In this document: positions 36,679 through 46,264 of the stretch, piece after piece
How positions within the stretch are numbered: the stretch's first letter is position 1
Layout: the number at the start of each line of letters is the position of its first letter
From: a virus
Length of the DNA stretch: 64,000 bases
Strand: one strand, 5' to 3'
Virus record (IMG/VR): IMGVR_UViG_3300026116_000003
Span: 1-64,000 of that record
Translations under genes and position numbers: made by a program
The notes under the pieces: generated by a model
Database searches by the model: none
The model's input: the letters and a program-made list of their open reading frames with translations, nothing else
What the model was told of the DNA's origin: nothing

Positions 36679-37185
36679 TCACGGTTCGAGGAGCCGGAGG
36701 AACAGCTGGTTAGAGTTTGTAGGGAAGCACTCAGCCCACTGATAATAAGTAGAGTTGTTAAGCACTTGCCCATCTACCCACGCCACTAAGTCAGTACTCC
36801 GTTGCACGCGCCACACGGCCAGCGGGTCGGCGTTAGTTACCATAACTGAAATGCAGCCGTTGGTCATCGGCTCCAGCACAAGCGCCGTCGGGTCGAAGCG
36901 GTGGGCAGTAACCGTAATCACCCCGCTCCCTCCGGTATAGGGGACGCTGATAGACGTAGGGGTGATAGTGAATACGCAGTTAGTCGGTAGAGCAGCTGAG
37001 CGGAAAGTACGCGTCGGAATCGCTGGAGCTTGAGCTACCTGAATGGGAATAGCGTAAAGCGGAGTATGCGTAGCCGCCAGCATCTCCCGCACCGGCCGAG
37101 CCGGAATCCGTAGCTGCGCGACGGCTTCAAGTATAAACGCAAAGCAGATTATTATTCCGGCCAGTCGAAGTAGGTTATTTTTCAT
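36679..37185 (-). CDS. secreted protein with Verrucomicrobia-type C-terminal domain
   Basis: signal peptide; C-terminal WRVQRSTDLVAW...QLFLRL. Confidence 0.6.
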   Translation of the reverse strand: MKNNLLRLAGIIICFAFILEAVAQLRIPARPVREMLAATHTPLYAIPIQVAQAPAIPTRTFRSAALPTNCVFTITPTSISVPYTGGSGVITVTAHRFDPTALVLEPMTNGCISVMVTNADPLAVWRVQRSTDLVAWVDGQVLNNSTYYQWAECFPTNSNQLFLRLLEP

Positions 37186-37568
37186 TTTGTATTTGTATGC
37201 ACCCAAAAATCAACGATGTGTTTGACGGACTTGCTAAACTGAGTAAAGTCAATGGACTTGATTACATAGGCATTAGTTCCGGCTCGATAGCAGTTTTCAA
37301 TATCTAAGGGACTGCTGGACGAAGAAAATACCACTATCGGCAAGCTGTACGAGTTAGCGCGAAGAGCCTTGACCAGCTCCAGCCCGCTTAATTGCGGGAG
37401 GTGCAAATCGATAATCACAACCGAAGGCAAATTAGAGCACTCGCGCAAGTAACTCACTGCTTGGGGACCGTCGATAACAAATGTAATTCGCTCTTTGTGC
37501 TCCCACTGGGACAAGATAGATTGGATTAAAAGCCGGTCTCTCGTATTGTCTTCTACGAATAAAATCAT
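37182..37568 (-). CDS. single-domain response regulator (CheY/Rcp1-like)
   Basis: ILFVEDN, IIDLHLPQLSGLE, PIVVFSSS, GTNAYVIKS. Confidence 0.9.
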   Translation of the reverse strand: MILFVEDNTRDRLLIQSILSQWEHKERITFVIDGPQAVSYLRECSNLPSVVIIDLHLPQLSGLELVKALRANSYSLPIVVFSSSSSPLDIENCYRAGTNAYVIKSIDFTQFSKSVKHIVDFWVHTNTK

Positions 37569-38143
37569 GGAACAATACTTTGTTTTAATGCTCTCTCCCT
37601 AACTATTCTGACCCGCTCATCCGCCCGAGCTTGAGCTTCCATGTGGTCCAAGTAGTCTTTCTCCGCTGCTCGTGCGTTAGCTGCGTCTTCCGCAGTAGCC
37701 CCAGGACGTTGAAGAATAGCTAAAGCAAATTCCCAAGTCTTCTTCTTCTGAGCGCCCATCTTCGAATTCACATCCACGTGAATCTCTTCCATCTTAATCT
37801 GCTGAGCTACTGTTGCTTTGGTAAGCGAGTCTTTTACTTCTTTTGCAGCCCGAGCTGTCTCCAAGTTTTGTGCTTCCAGCTTGTCGCTCAATTCGCGGGC
37901 TCGCTTCTCTAATTGCTGCTCGACCTGCTTCGCCACTTCCAGTTGAGCGAGCCTCTGCTTCTCTAATTTCTCCGCCGTCTGCAAGCGAGCGAGCTCGGCG
38001 GCTTCAGCCACTCGTTTAGCTTTGTCCGCCTCCAGCTTTTGCATTACCAGAGAAATGATAAGAGCTATCGGCGTCGCTATAGCTCCAAGCTCTCTAGCGT
38101 TTTCCATAAAACCGCTAGCAGCAAACAAAATTAACTCATTCAT
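37565..38143 (-). CDS. membrane-anchored coiled-coil protein
   Basis: TM segment LGAIATPIALIISLVM, then coiled coil. Confidence 0.6.
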   Translation of the reverse strand: MNELILFAASGFMENARELGAIATPIALIISLVMQKLEADKAKRVAEAAELARLQTAEKLEKQRLAQLEVAKQVEQQLEKRARELSDKLEAQNLETARAAKEVKDSLTKATVAQQIKMEEIHVDVNSKMGAQKKKTWEFALAILQRPGATAEDAANARAAEKDYLDHMEAQARADERVRIVRERALKQSIVP

Positions 38144-38146
38144 TTT

Positions 38147-38341
38147 TCAAAACGGTGGCGAAGAATTCCGGCCGAGTTCCAACAGGAGCTCATGTTCAAT
38201 CCGGAGCCGCGCCAGCTCGTATCTTAACTGGGCTACTTCGTTTGGGCAAGCCATAGGCCACCGCTCCTTCGGCAAGTCCAGCTTGTCGGTGGGCGCTGTC
38301 GTGCAGGCCGTGAGCAGCAAAAGCAAAAGGAAAAGTTTCAT
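38147..38341 (-). CDS. small lipoprotein
   Basis: MKLFLLLLLLTAC lipobox. Confidence 0.6.
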   Translation of the reverse strand: MKLFLLLLLLTACTTAPTDKLDLPKERWPMACPNEVAQLRYELARLRIEHELLLELGRNSSPPF

Positions 38342-39078
38342 TAAGGCAGTCCCCACTTGGCTTTTAGATAGTTGTCGTAAAGGTTATCCACTTCTGCGTC
38401 GCTCCGGTGAGCTGTATAAGCAATAGCTTCGGCAATATCTCCTTTCATAATCGCACCGATATTGATTCCTTGACCCATGTGTGTAATGCCAAACACTCCG
38501 GGGTGTGTCGTTGTCCCGCGTGCTGTTTTATTCTCCCGATACCAAACCGTGACCCCATTACTTTTCAAGGTCATCATGTGAACGCTGCTGCTGACCGTAG
38601 CCAGAGTAGAAGAAGTGGCGTTCCCTCCTCCCATAGTTGACCCCATTTGCTCTACGCTTCCGGCCGTGAAAATCCTCGACATTTTATCATTACCAGCAGG
38701 GTTTCCCCAGATAGCAAATAAATCGCCTGCCACCATCGTAAATTTCCCAATAACAATCAGCGTAAATGAGCCGTTGAGTGAGATAGCTGAAGTCAGAAGA
38801 AGTTTGTCATTGTTGGGGCTGGCTACTCCGTCGAACCGGATGACGGACCGGCCGTTGATGATATTAGTTTTGAGCTGCGGCCGATTGGCTGCCGTCGCTT
38901 GAATAAGGTGGTTGGCGTTGCTGCTCCGGTCAGTGAACTTGGCGCTTGCGTTGTCAATCGCGGTGGCGTCCGCATAACCAAGATAGTCCGCGTCCCACCA
39001 GCCAGCAAGATTAGCGTAGTCTGTCGGGGCGGCGGCTGCGGCGGAAGGAGCCAGGAAAGGTAAAGTAGAAAAGTTCAA
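38341..39078 (-). CDS. LamG/concanavalin-like tail-associated protein
   Basis: LAGWWDAD, DRSSNANH..Q....RP, GDIAEAIAY, YLKAKWGL. Confidence 0.75.
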   Translation of the reverse strand: MNFSTLPFLAPSAAAAAPTDYANLAGWWDADYLGYADATAIDNASAKFTDRSSNANHLIQATAANRPQLKTNIINGRSVIRFDGVASPNNDKLLLTSAISLNGSFTLIVIGKFTMVAGDLFAIWGNPAGNDKMSRIFTAGSVEQMGSTMGGGNATSSTLATVSSSVHMMTLKSNGVTVWYRENKTARGTTTHPGVFGITHMGQGINIGAIMKGDIAEAIAYTAHRSDAEVDNLYDNYLKAKWGLP

Positions 39079-41645
39079 GGTTGTGCTTTGTAAGAGTAAT
39101 AGACTAGCGCCTCTGTGCTCCCTTTACAGTGCAGCGCCAGCACTCCCACCTTGTTAGCAGCCAGGCTGGCGTCGATAGCTGCTCCAATCGGAATCCAGCT
39201 AGCGTTGACTGCCAGGTTCCGCAGCGTGCCATCGCTGACAATCCAAATCGTTTTCTTCTTCCCGTCGCCCCGGTTGCTCGTCGTCATGCTGGTAACGGCG
39301 GCAGTGAGAGACATGGTTTCTTCCTCCGCTGCGTCGAAGTCCCACACGGGCGTTGCGCTTGGGGTCTTGGTAGCAACGGAGGCGACGTAGTTCAATGCGC
39401 TCACTAAGTTCTTGCTGCCGTCAGTCCGGACGATTTGCGAGGCAGTAAGGCCGGCCATGTTTACGGTCCCGGTAAAGCTAGGGCTGGCCAGCGGTGCTTT
39501 GAGCGCAAGGTCTGTGTCTAGGTCGTAGCTGACCAGGTTCTTGCTGGCGTCCGTCTTCACCCAGCGCGACGCAGTTAAGTTAGGAATGTTAGCCACTCCC
39601 GCCGTCAAGCTCAGCGCCGTTGACCCGCTGTTCTGCAACAGGATTGTAGAGCCGCGAATCGTTATTGGAACCCACGCTGCCCCGCCCCGGTTGTAGCTGG
39701 TGATATAAGAAATTCCGCCATTGTATTCCAGTTCAAAGCCGCCCGTGCCGCCGGGGGAAACCATGCTGCCGAGCACCTGGAGCCCGCCGGCCATTGAGTT
39801 GTCAATCCCCGTGACGCCAATCTGCAAGCGGTCGCTGGCGTCCAAGCCGAGAATTGTTTTGACTACTCCGGCAAAAGTCAGCGCGTTCAAGCTCTGCGCG
39901 TTAGCCAGCAGCGCGTAGCTAGGGAGCCAGCGGTATCCGGCAGTGAAGTTATTTATCGCGCTGGAAACAATTCCAGCCACTAGCGCGTAGCCGGTCGCGT
40001 TCAAGTGGATAGCGTCGACGTTGTAGTAGGTCGTGTTCGAGTAGGAGCCATCCGTTCCCAAGTGGGTATTGCTAGCTAGGTCCGCCAGCCCATCGGCGAA
40101 GGTCGGCCAGTGCAACCGAATCAAAGCGTTGAAGGTATTTTTCAGCGAGTCCAGCGTCGCGGCCCCAATGCCCGTGCCTGTCCGGGAAATCATCGTGCAG
40201 ACAATGACGCTCCAGCCCGCTTTGCGACGGTAGTTGCAATAAGCGAGCAGCCGGTTGAATACAGTTTCGACGCTCGCCAAGTCTACCGCGAAGTCATTTG
40301 TCCCGCCCCAAATCACCACGACGTTCCGCCGCCCGCAGCGCGTGAATAACGTATCGACTGTATGGAAGGACGCATCCTGCATCATCAGCAAAGTACGGCC
40401 ACTCACTGCGGCTTGGGTTGCGGTAAACGTCTCCGTAGTGGAGAGCCCCGCTTGATACGTGGCGACAGATAGCGAGTCCCCGTCAGTAACTAGCGTACTC
40501 GTTACCACTGCTGTGCCGTTCTTAGCATCTTCCAAGCAGCGCCACTTCGTTGATGTATTGTCGTAGACTAAGAGCACTATTTGAGTAGGGATAACAATCA
40601 AGTCCTGCGTTAGGGAGAACTGGTTGCCGGCCGAACTGGAACTGGAAAGCTTTTTTAGCACCAGGTTGAAGCTGCCCACGTTGGCTAGCGCGATTACCCG
40701 GCCCGAAGCTCCACCAGTCAACCCCGTCAAGTTGCGAGAAGCGTCAGTGCTCACCCGAATAATACTGGCGGCTGACAATCCAGTAGGCGCCCAGTCGTCA
40801 GTATCAGCGCTAAGTTGAGTAGGAGTAATCACACCCGGCAGCGCGAAGCTTGTGCTCGCTTGCGTAACGACTGGCAAAGCAGCAGTGCCAGCTAAGTCTC
40901 CAGCCAGCTTGACCCGGCCCTTGAGTGCGGTCGTGGCGTCTTCTTCCGTATTGTCGATTTTATCCCATATCGTGCCGTTGAAAACAATCAAGTCCCCTAC
41001 GTTCCATTCAGCAATACCATCAATCGACGTAGTGCCAGCGACGCTTACCTTGTAGTAGAAGCCTTTAGTCCCGACTCCATCGGCCAGAGCCGGGGAATTC
41101 GTGCTGGAATTCCAAGTCCCCTGGTAATTCAGTCCGCCGACAACTGCTACCGGAAGGTCAGCTAGAACCAGAGAGCGGTAAGTCGGCGCAGCGTCAGCTC
41201 CAGTAGTCGGTCCGGCTTTGATTTTGTTGGCAGCTTGAGCATTTTCTGTTACCGCAAAACCACCCGCTCCGGTTACTGGCGAGCCCGCAACGCCGAAGTC
41301 TGACGGCATAGATAGAGCTACGCTGGTAACTGTCCCCGCTCCCGGCGTCGGAATAATTACCCAGCCACGCTGCGTGCTTTCCGGGTCGCTATCTGGAATA
41401 ATCAAGTCGGGAGAAGATTCCTGGTCGGTAGTCTCCTGGAGCTGATAGTGAGACAAGACGCCAGCAATGACTACTTTTACCGTAGGCCCCGTAACAATAC
41501 CAGTCACGTCGACGCCATCTAGGTTCCCCGCGCCTCCGCCCGTTAGCCCGGTGATACTCCACAACGGGAACGCCCACCGCGCTTTGTTCACCGCGTCGTC
41601 TACGTTGACGCCGGGATGTTCCGAAAGATAAGGAGTTAGTGCCAT
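39075..41645 (-). CDS. tail fibre with SGNH/GDSL esterase domain
   Basis: GTVTSV and YQGTWN fibre motifs; GDSL, GGTND, DAIH. Confidence 0.8.
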   Translation of the reverse strand: MALTPYLSEHPGVNVDDAVNKARWAFPLWSITGLTGGGAGNLDGVDVTGIVTGPTVKVVIAGVLSHYQLQETTDQESSPDLIIPDSDPESTQRGWVIIPTPGAGTVTSVALSMPSDFGVAGSPVTGAGGFAVTENAQAANKIKAGPTTGADAAPTYRSLVLADLPVAVVGGLNYQGTWNSSTNSPALADGVGTKGFYYKVSVAGTTSIDGIAEWNVGDLIVFNGTIWDKIDNTEEDATTALKGRVKLAGDLAGTAALPVVTQASTSFALPGVITPTQLSADTDDWAPTGLSAASIIRVSTDASRNLTGLTGGASGRVIALANVGSFNLVLKKLSSSSSAGNQFSLTQDLIVIPTQIVLLVYDNTSTKWRCLEDAKNGTAVVTSTLVTDGDSLSVATYQAGLSTTETFTATQAAVSGRTLLMMQDASFHTVDTLFTRCGRRNVVVIWGGTNDFAVDLASVETVFNRLLAYCNYRRKAGWSVIVCTMISRTGTGIGAATLDSLKNTFNALIRLHWPTFADGLADLASNTHLGTDGSYSNTTYYNVDAIHLNATGYALVAGIVSSAINNFTAGYRWLPSYALLANAQSLNALTFAGVVKTILGLDASDRLQIGVTGIDNSMAGGLQVLGSMVSPGGTGGFELEYNGGISYITSYNRGGAAWVPITIRGSTILLQNSGSTALSLTAGVANIPNLTASRWVKTDASKNLVSYDLDTDLALKAPLASPSFTGTVNMAGLTASQIVRTDGSKNLVSALNYVASVATKTPSATPVWDFDAAEEETMSLTAAVTSMTTSNRGDGKKKTIWIVSDGTLRNLAVNASWIPIGAAIDASLAANKVGVLALHCKGSTEALVYYSYKAQP

Positions 41646-41649
41646 AAGC

Positions 41650-42138
41650 TTATTCTATAACCCAAAATTCAAAGCCGTCCGAAGTAATAAAGAGCACGTG
41701 GTCTGGACCGCTCTCCACTTCAAATGGACCGTAGCCAACCAGCTCAGCTTCCGCGTCTATTTCCGACTTGTCAATCAAATCAATGCGAGCAGTTACCGAC
41801 CATATTCCCTCCAGATACTCGCAAGCATAGCCGCCGATAAATCTTACCATCCAAACAGTCAGCTCTGTATTCTTCGGATAGCGAAGCTCAAGCGAGAAAG
41901 CAGCGGCTCCATTGCCGAGAGTATCAGCAAAGAAAGTTTGGAAAGCAGCATACTGGGTTTCGTTCAAGCGCCAGCTGACCGAAGCGGGGACATAGAACTT
42001 GTCGAACCGAGAGCGGCGCACAATCGGCCCGTCGTCAAACGAGCTGGAGATGGTAGCGTTGCGGTTCGCGCCCGCGTAGTCGATAAAGGGCAACGGGAGC
42101 TCAGTGGGCCAAACAATATCGATGGTAAGGACGCTCAT
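41650..42138 (-). CDS. distal tail protein (gpM/Dit-like)
   Basis: WPTELP...RRSRF...VSWRL...LGNGAAAF; directly after the tape measure gene. Confidence 0.7.
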   Translation of the reverse strand: MSVLTIDIVWPTELPLPFIDYAGANRNATISSSFDDGPIVRRSRFDKFYVPASVSWRLNETQYAAFQTFFADTLGNGAAAFSLELRYPKNTELTVWMVRFIGGYACEYLEGIWSVTARIDLIDKSEIDAEAELVGYGPFEVESGPDHVLFITSDGFEFWVIE

Positions 42139-44684
42139 TTGCCCCTCCGGCGCAAGTCGAAGGACTTCTCCATCGCAGTCGGCACCACGCCGGAACCGTT
42201 CCGGATATCTCCACTGATTTCATTCTTTACCCGGCGAATCATTACCTCGATGACCCGCTCTGAGTCGTCGTTCTTTTCAGTAACTCGCGGCTGGACGTCC
42301 GTATAGTTGTTCACAACGACGCGCACCGGCTGGCTTCCGCCGAGCTTGTGGTTCGGAATAATCGTCCCCGACTGCGAAGGGGCAAAGAGCTCTGGCCCCT
42401 TTTCTCCGACGAGGAACGTAGAGCCCGGCGATACAGAACCACCCATGGCTTTGCCGCCAGCGAAAGAGAGCTTTACCGCCATCATGCTGGAAAGAATACC
42501 GGCGGTCTGCGAAGCAATAATAGCGACGGCAGCCAGCTTCTCCCATATCGTAGTCCCCTGGGCAAACCCATCAGAGATGGCTTTTTGGATATTGAGCATA
42601 GCCGAAGCAATCGAGAAAGCTTTTTGCATCGCGAACATGGCTTGATAGGCAACAGACTGCTTCCCTGCAGACTGCTCGACTATGGAAGCCAGCGTGCCAA
42701 ACGTCGACTCGCCAGCAGCCAGAGCTATCTGCTGCTGAGCTTGCGTCAGCTCTCTTACCTTGTTGTAATAATCAGTCAAGAGAGCCTTGCGCTTATCGTT
42801 GTGCTCTTTGTCGAGGCTCAACTCCAAATCGTGGAATGACTTCAGCTTTTCTATTTCTCCTTTGTAAAAAGCAATCTCAGAACCCGGTCTTCTCCCCGAT
42901 AGGCCCATCTTATCGATAGCCGCTGAAGCTTCTTCCACGCGCTTCTGGTGCGCCAGCGAGGCCGCGTTAGAAACCGCTACCGTCTTCTTGACACTCTTTT
43001 CTATCTCTTCGTTGTAGCCCTTAACGTGCGCGGTCGCTCCAGTAACTATCTTGCTGTATTCAGCGAGCAGTTTGTCGGAGAACTTGCCCTCGGTAACAAT
43101 CTTCCCCAGGTATACAGAAGCCGCTGCAGCGTCTTTAACGAGCTTGTCCGCCAGCTTGTCTGCGTCGGAAGCGTCGATATTCAGTTTGAACTTGAGCTCA
43201 TCGATATGCTTGCCACTCTTAGAGCCCATCCAGTCCGGCAGCTTGTCCGTAATGGCGTTGATGGTCCGGATGGCCAAATTCGCTCCAGCGACAATTCCAT
43301 TAATCGCGCCTTCTATTCCCCAAGTAATCCCCTTGACTACTGCTCCAACAACTTTCAGCAGCCCCGCCAGCGCCAGCTCAATAGCAATCTCCACGCCGAG
43401 AAACCCGACTTTGAAATACATCCAAGCGTCGCCGACTGCCCCGATAGCCGTAATAAACGTATCGCGGAAAAGCTCAGCAGCATGCTCCGCCGTCTCGGCA
43501 AAGTGAGTCGTGTCGTCCGTCGCTTTCAGCATCCACTTGGCGCCCATTTGCAAGATGGGCATAATCGCCAGCCCAATGCCGAGCAGGAAGTCTTTTACCC
43601 GATTCCAAATCGTCGTCATCTGCTTGCCGAAAGTCTCGTAGGAAAGCTCCGCCGACTTAGCCAGAGCTTCGTGATGCTCCCATTCATGAGCCGACATTCC
43701 CATCGCTTTGGCAAAGAGCGCGGTATTGCCGGCGGCTTTGAGCAGGACTACATCAATCTGCGCGCCGCTTAACCCCAAATTTTCCAAGATACCAAGAACG
43801 TCCCCGCCACGCTTCTGCACTTGGTTCAGCCCATCCATAAAAGAAAGGATGGCTCCGGCCGCGTCTTCTTTGAAAGCTTTGGTGAAAGCGTCGCCAGTCA
43901 TCCCCGCCGTCGCGGCAAACCGCTGGAGATTCGCGTCCTGAGCCGCGACAGACTTCGTCATATCTCCGAGCATCTTGTTGAAAGCCATCCCTCCACGTCC
44001 GGCGTCGACTCCAGCCGAAGTCAGACCAGCCGACAAGCCCATAATCTGAGGCGCAGTCAGCCCCGCAGCTTTGCCCATAGCTCCGATTTTAGCGGTCATG
44101 TCCAGCACTTCTCCAGCCGAAGTAGAGAGACGAGCGCCAAGCTTGACTGCGCTGGAAGCAACTCGTTCCAGTTCATTCTGCGGAATTTCCAGTAGCTGCC
44201 CAAACCGGATAATCTGCTTGGAAGATTCCTCTACCGATTCGTGAGTTACCGTTCCGAAGTCTACCATCGTCTTGGTAAACTCGACTATATTCTCCTTAGA
44301 GACTCCGAGCCTCAGCGCTGCGCTGGCTACCTTGTTGATTTCATTTACGTTGACCGGAATTGCCCGGGAAAGCTCCCGAAATGCTTCCTCCAGCCGATGA
44401 GTATCGTAGTAGTTTCCTTGCATCCGTTTGGAGATAGCGAGGAAAGACTCTTCAAACTCGTCGGCCAGGTGGACTGCCGCCAGACCTACGGCAGTAAAAG
44501 CCGCCGCGGTAGTCGCCGCCAAGCCAGCAACTGCTTTAACCATCTTGTCGGAGCCCTTGCTGACCGCGACTACCGCGTGCTCCATCCCTTTGACGAGCTC
44601 AGTAGAGTCAGCAGTAAGTTTGAGGAGCAGAGTCCCCAAACTCCCCGCGCCGAGAGCTTCTAAGATATGAGCGGCTTCAGACAT
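42135..44684 (-). CDS. tape measure protein
   Basis: Ala-rich, TP901-type core; C-terminal GGSV.PG..FLVGEKGPELFAP. Confidence 0.92.
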   Translation of the reverse strand: MSEAAHILEALGAGSLGTLLLKLTADSTELVKGMEHAVVAVSKGSDKMVKAVAGLAATTAAAFTAVGLAAVHLADEFEESFLAISKRMQGNYYDTHRLEEAFRELSRAIPVNVNEINKVASAALRLGVSKENIVEFTKTMVDFGTVTHESVEESSKQIIRFGQLLEIPQNELERVASSAVKLGARLSTSAGEVLDMTAKIGAMGKAAGLTAPQIMGLSAGLTSAGVDAGRGGMAFNKMLGDMTKSVAAQDANLQRFAATAGMTGDAFTKAFKEDAAGAILSFMDGLNQVQKRGGDVLGILENLGLSGAQIDVVLLKAAGNTALFAKAMGMSAHEWEHHEALAKSAELSYETFGKQMTTIWNRVKDFLLGIGLAIMPILQMGAKWMLKATDDTTHFAETAEHAAELFRDTFITAIGAVGDAWMYFKVGFLGVEIAIELALAGLLKVVGAVVKGITWGIEGAINGIVAGANLAIRTINAITDKLPDWMGSKSGKHIDELKFKLNIDASDADKLADKLVKDAAAASVYLGKIVTEGKFSDKLLAEYSKIVTGATAHVKGYNEEIEKSVKKTVAVSNAASLAHQKRVEEASAAIDKMGLSGRRPGSEIAFYKGEIEKLKSFHDLELSLDKEHNDKRKALLTDYYNKVRELTQAQQQIALAAGESTFGTLASIVEQSAGKQSVAYQAMFAMQKAFSIASAMLNIQKAISDGFAQGTTIWEKLAAVAIIASQTAGILSSMMAVKLSFAGGKAMGGSVSPGSTFLVGEKGPELFAPSQSGTIIPNHKLGGSQPVRVVVNNYTDVQPRVTEKNDDSERVIEVMIRRVKNEISGDIRNGSGVVPTAMEKSFDLRRRGK

Positions 44685-44693
44685 AATTTAGTT

Positions 44694-45029
44694 TTAGTTT
44701 TTCTTGCTAACGTCCAGCTGGAGGAACGCGGCCCAAGCCGCTTTAGATTTCTGCATCTTTTCTTTAGCTTCTTCGACTACTTCCGTTGTACCAAGCAAGA
44801 AGTCCATCAGCTTGACTTTGTTCGGGTCAGCGACGAAAGAGCGCCGGACTTCGGAAGCGATTTGCGCCAGATACCAATCCTGCTTGGTCGTGACCCGCTG
44901 CTCCTGCTTCAAGTATTCCAGCCACTCGAGGAATTCGCTGAACGGCATTCGCTCGCGGAGCTCGTTGACTGGAATTCCTAAGTGAGAAGCAACGTCGAAC
45001 CAGCCATACCGCTCGCTTAATCTTTTTTT
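44694..45029 (-). CDS. tail assembly chaperone, -1 frameshift extension (gpGT-like)
   Basis: Slippery A AAA AAA at 45023-45029 leads into an open -1 frame RLSERYGWFDVASHLGIPVNELRERMPFSEF. Confidence 0.8.
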   Translation of the reverse strand, partial: KKRLSERYGWFDVASHLGIPVNELRERMPFSEFLEWLEYLKQEQRVTTKQDWYLAQIASEVRRSFVADPNKVKLMDFLLGTTEVVEEAKEKMQKSKAAWAAFLQLDVSKKN

Positions 45030-45382
45030 GTGCCGTCGGCCGCTTCCTCTTTAGTGCCAGAGAGCAGGTTGATACGCTGCGCTTCGTCGAACAAGCTCGA
45101 TACAGTTCCCGAAGGCCAGCTTTGAATCTCTTCCTTCTTTACGAGTATGCCCTCAACAGTATAAAGGCAGGAAGCGAGTAGCGCTGTTTGGAGCCCGTCG
45201 AACTTCTTTACCCCAGCCACCTTCCCCTTCTCGTCGAGCTTCATTCGCTCCCCCAGCTGGTCCAGATACTTGTCGCGCTGGCTGGCCGACATCTCCCGCA
45301 GCTCGTAGTGGACTTCTTTGCCGTCTAGCCCGGTGAGTATTACCGGCTCGGTCCGGGCCAGCAGAGTAAAGTTCAAACTCAT
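45017..45382 (-). CDS. tail assembly chaperone (gpG-like)
   Basis: position between tail tube and tape measure genes; ends TKKD at the slippery site. Confidence 0.8.
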   Translation of the reverse strand: MSLNFTLLARTEPVILTGLDGKEVHYELREMSASQRDKYLDQLGERMKLDEKGKVAGVKKFDGLQTALLASCLYTVEGILVKKEEIQSWPSGTVSSLFDEAQRINLLSGTKEEAADGTKKD

Positions 45383-45389
45383 AAGACTC

Positions 45390-45836
45390 TTAAGATTCGC
45401 CTTCGGCCGCGTAAGCCGGAGCCACTTCCGCCCCTGACTCGTTAGTCAAACTCGGATGGAATACCAACGAAGCTGTAGGCTGGTCCCCTTCCTTGTGCTG
45501 GCTCGGAGTAAACGAATCAATCCAGCCCCAAAACTCGATAGTGGAATCGTCGGGGAAAGTAACAGTGATTGGTTGGTTGACTTGAACCTGAGCCACGATT
45601 TGTTCGAACGCTTCCGTAGCGTAAGCGCACGTGGCTGAGACTTGTCCGAACGTCTTCAGCTGCTTCGGAGCGGCTGTGCGCCAGCCTAAGCTCCGCATAT
45701 TGGTAATATCAATCGGCCCGCCTCCAGAGACCGGAGGCGGAGTGACTTCCTTCTCGTAAAGCTTAACGGTCGGAATATTAGCGAGCGTGATGATGGTCCG
45801 GAAACCATCTTTGAGCATGATTGCATTGGATGACAT
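45390..45836 (-). CDS. major tail tube protein
   Basis: IDITNM, ITVTFPD.STIEFWGWI. Confidence 0.8.
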   Translation of the reverse strand: MSSNAIMLKDGFRTIITLANIPTVKLYEKEVTPPPVSGGGPIDITNMRSLGWRTAAPKQLKTFGQVSATCAYATEAFEQIVAQVQVNQPITVTFPDDSTIEFWGWIDSFTPSQHKEGDQPTASLVFHPSLTNESGAEVAPAYAAEGES

Positions 45837-45841
45837 AAGTT

Positions 45842-46261
45842 TTATTCTAAGGTAACTACTGCGTTGATTGTGAAGTGCTGGCGGCGACGTCCGCCCTCTT
45901 CCTCAATCCCTACCGGAATAATATCACCGGTCCGAGACACGTTGAGGAGAGAATATACTTCCGTACTTGAAATAGCAACGATAACTCTGCCTAGGGAATC
46001 CAGTTCGGTAGCGATAGCATTAGCCTTCTCCCAGACGTCTGGATACGAGAGGCCACGCACTCTGATTTGAATCCCCGGATGCGTTACTTGCAAGCCGGTC
46101 GCCATTACTCGTCCGTCCATCTTTCCTGCGGTATCATAGACGCAAATGGCATTGTCTGGCGACTCTGGAAGGAAAGAAACAAAAGCCGTCCAGCTCCCAC
46201 TGGTTGCTGCCTGCCCCAGGTCGAGCAGGAGCTGGCGGATAATATCAGCAGGAGAGCTCAT
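45842..46261 (-). CDS. tail terminator / minor capsid-type protein
   Basis: PESPDNAICVYDT.G, PGIQIRVRG. Confidence 0.75.
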   Translation of the reverse strand: MSSPADIIRQLLLDLGQAATSGSWTAFVSFLPESPDNAICVYDTAGKMDGRVMATGLQVTHPGIQIRVRGLSYPDVWEKANAIATELDSLGRVIVAISSTEVYSLLNVSRTGDIIPVGIEEEGGRRRQHFTINAVVTLE

Positions 46262-46264
46262 AGT

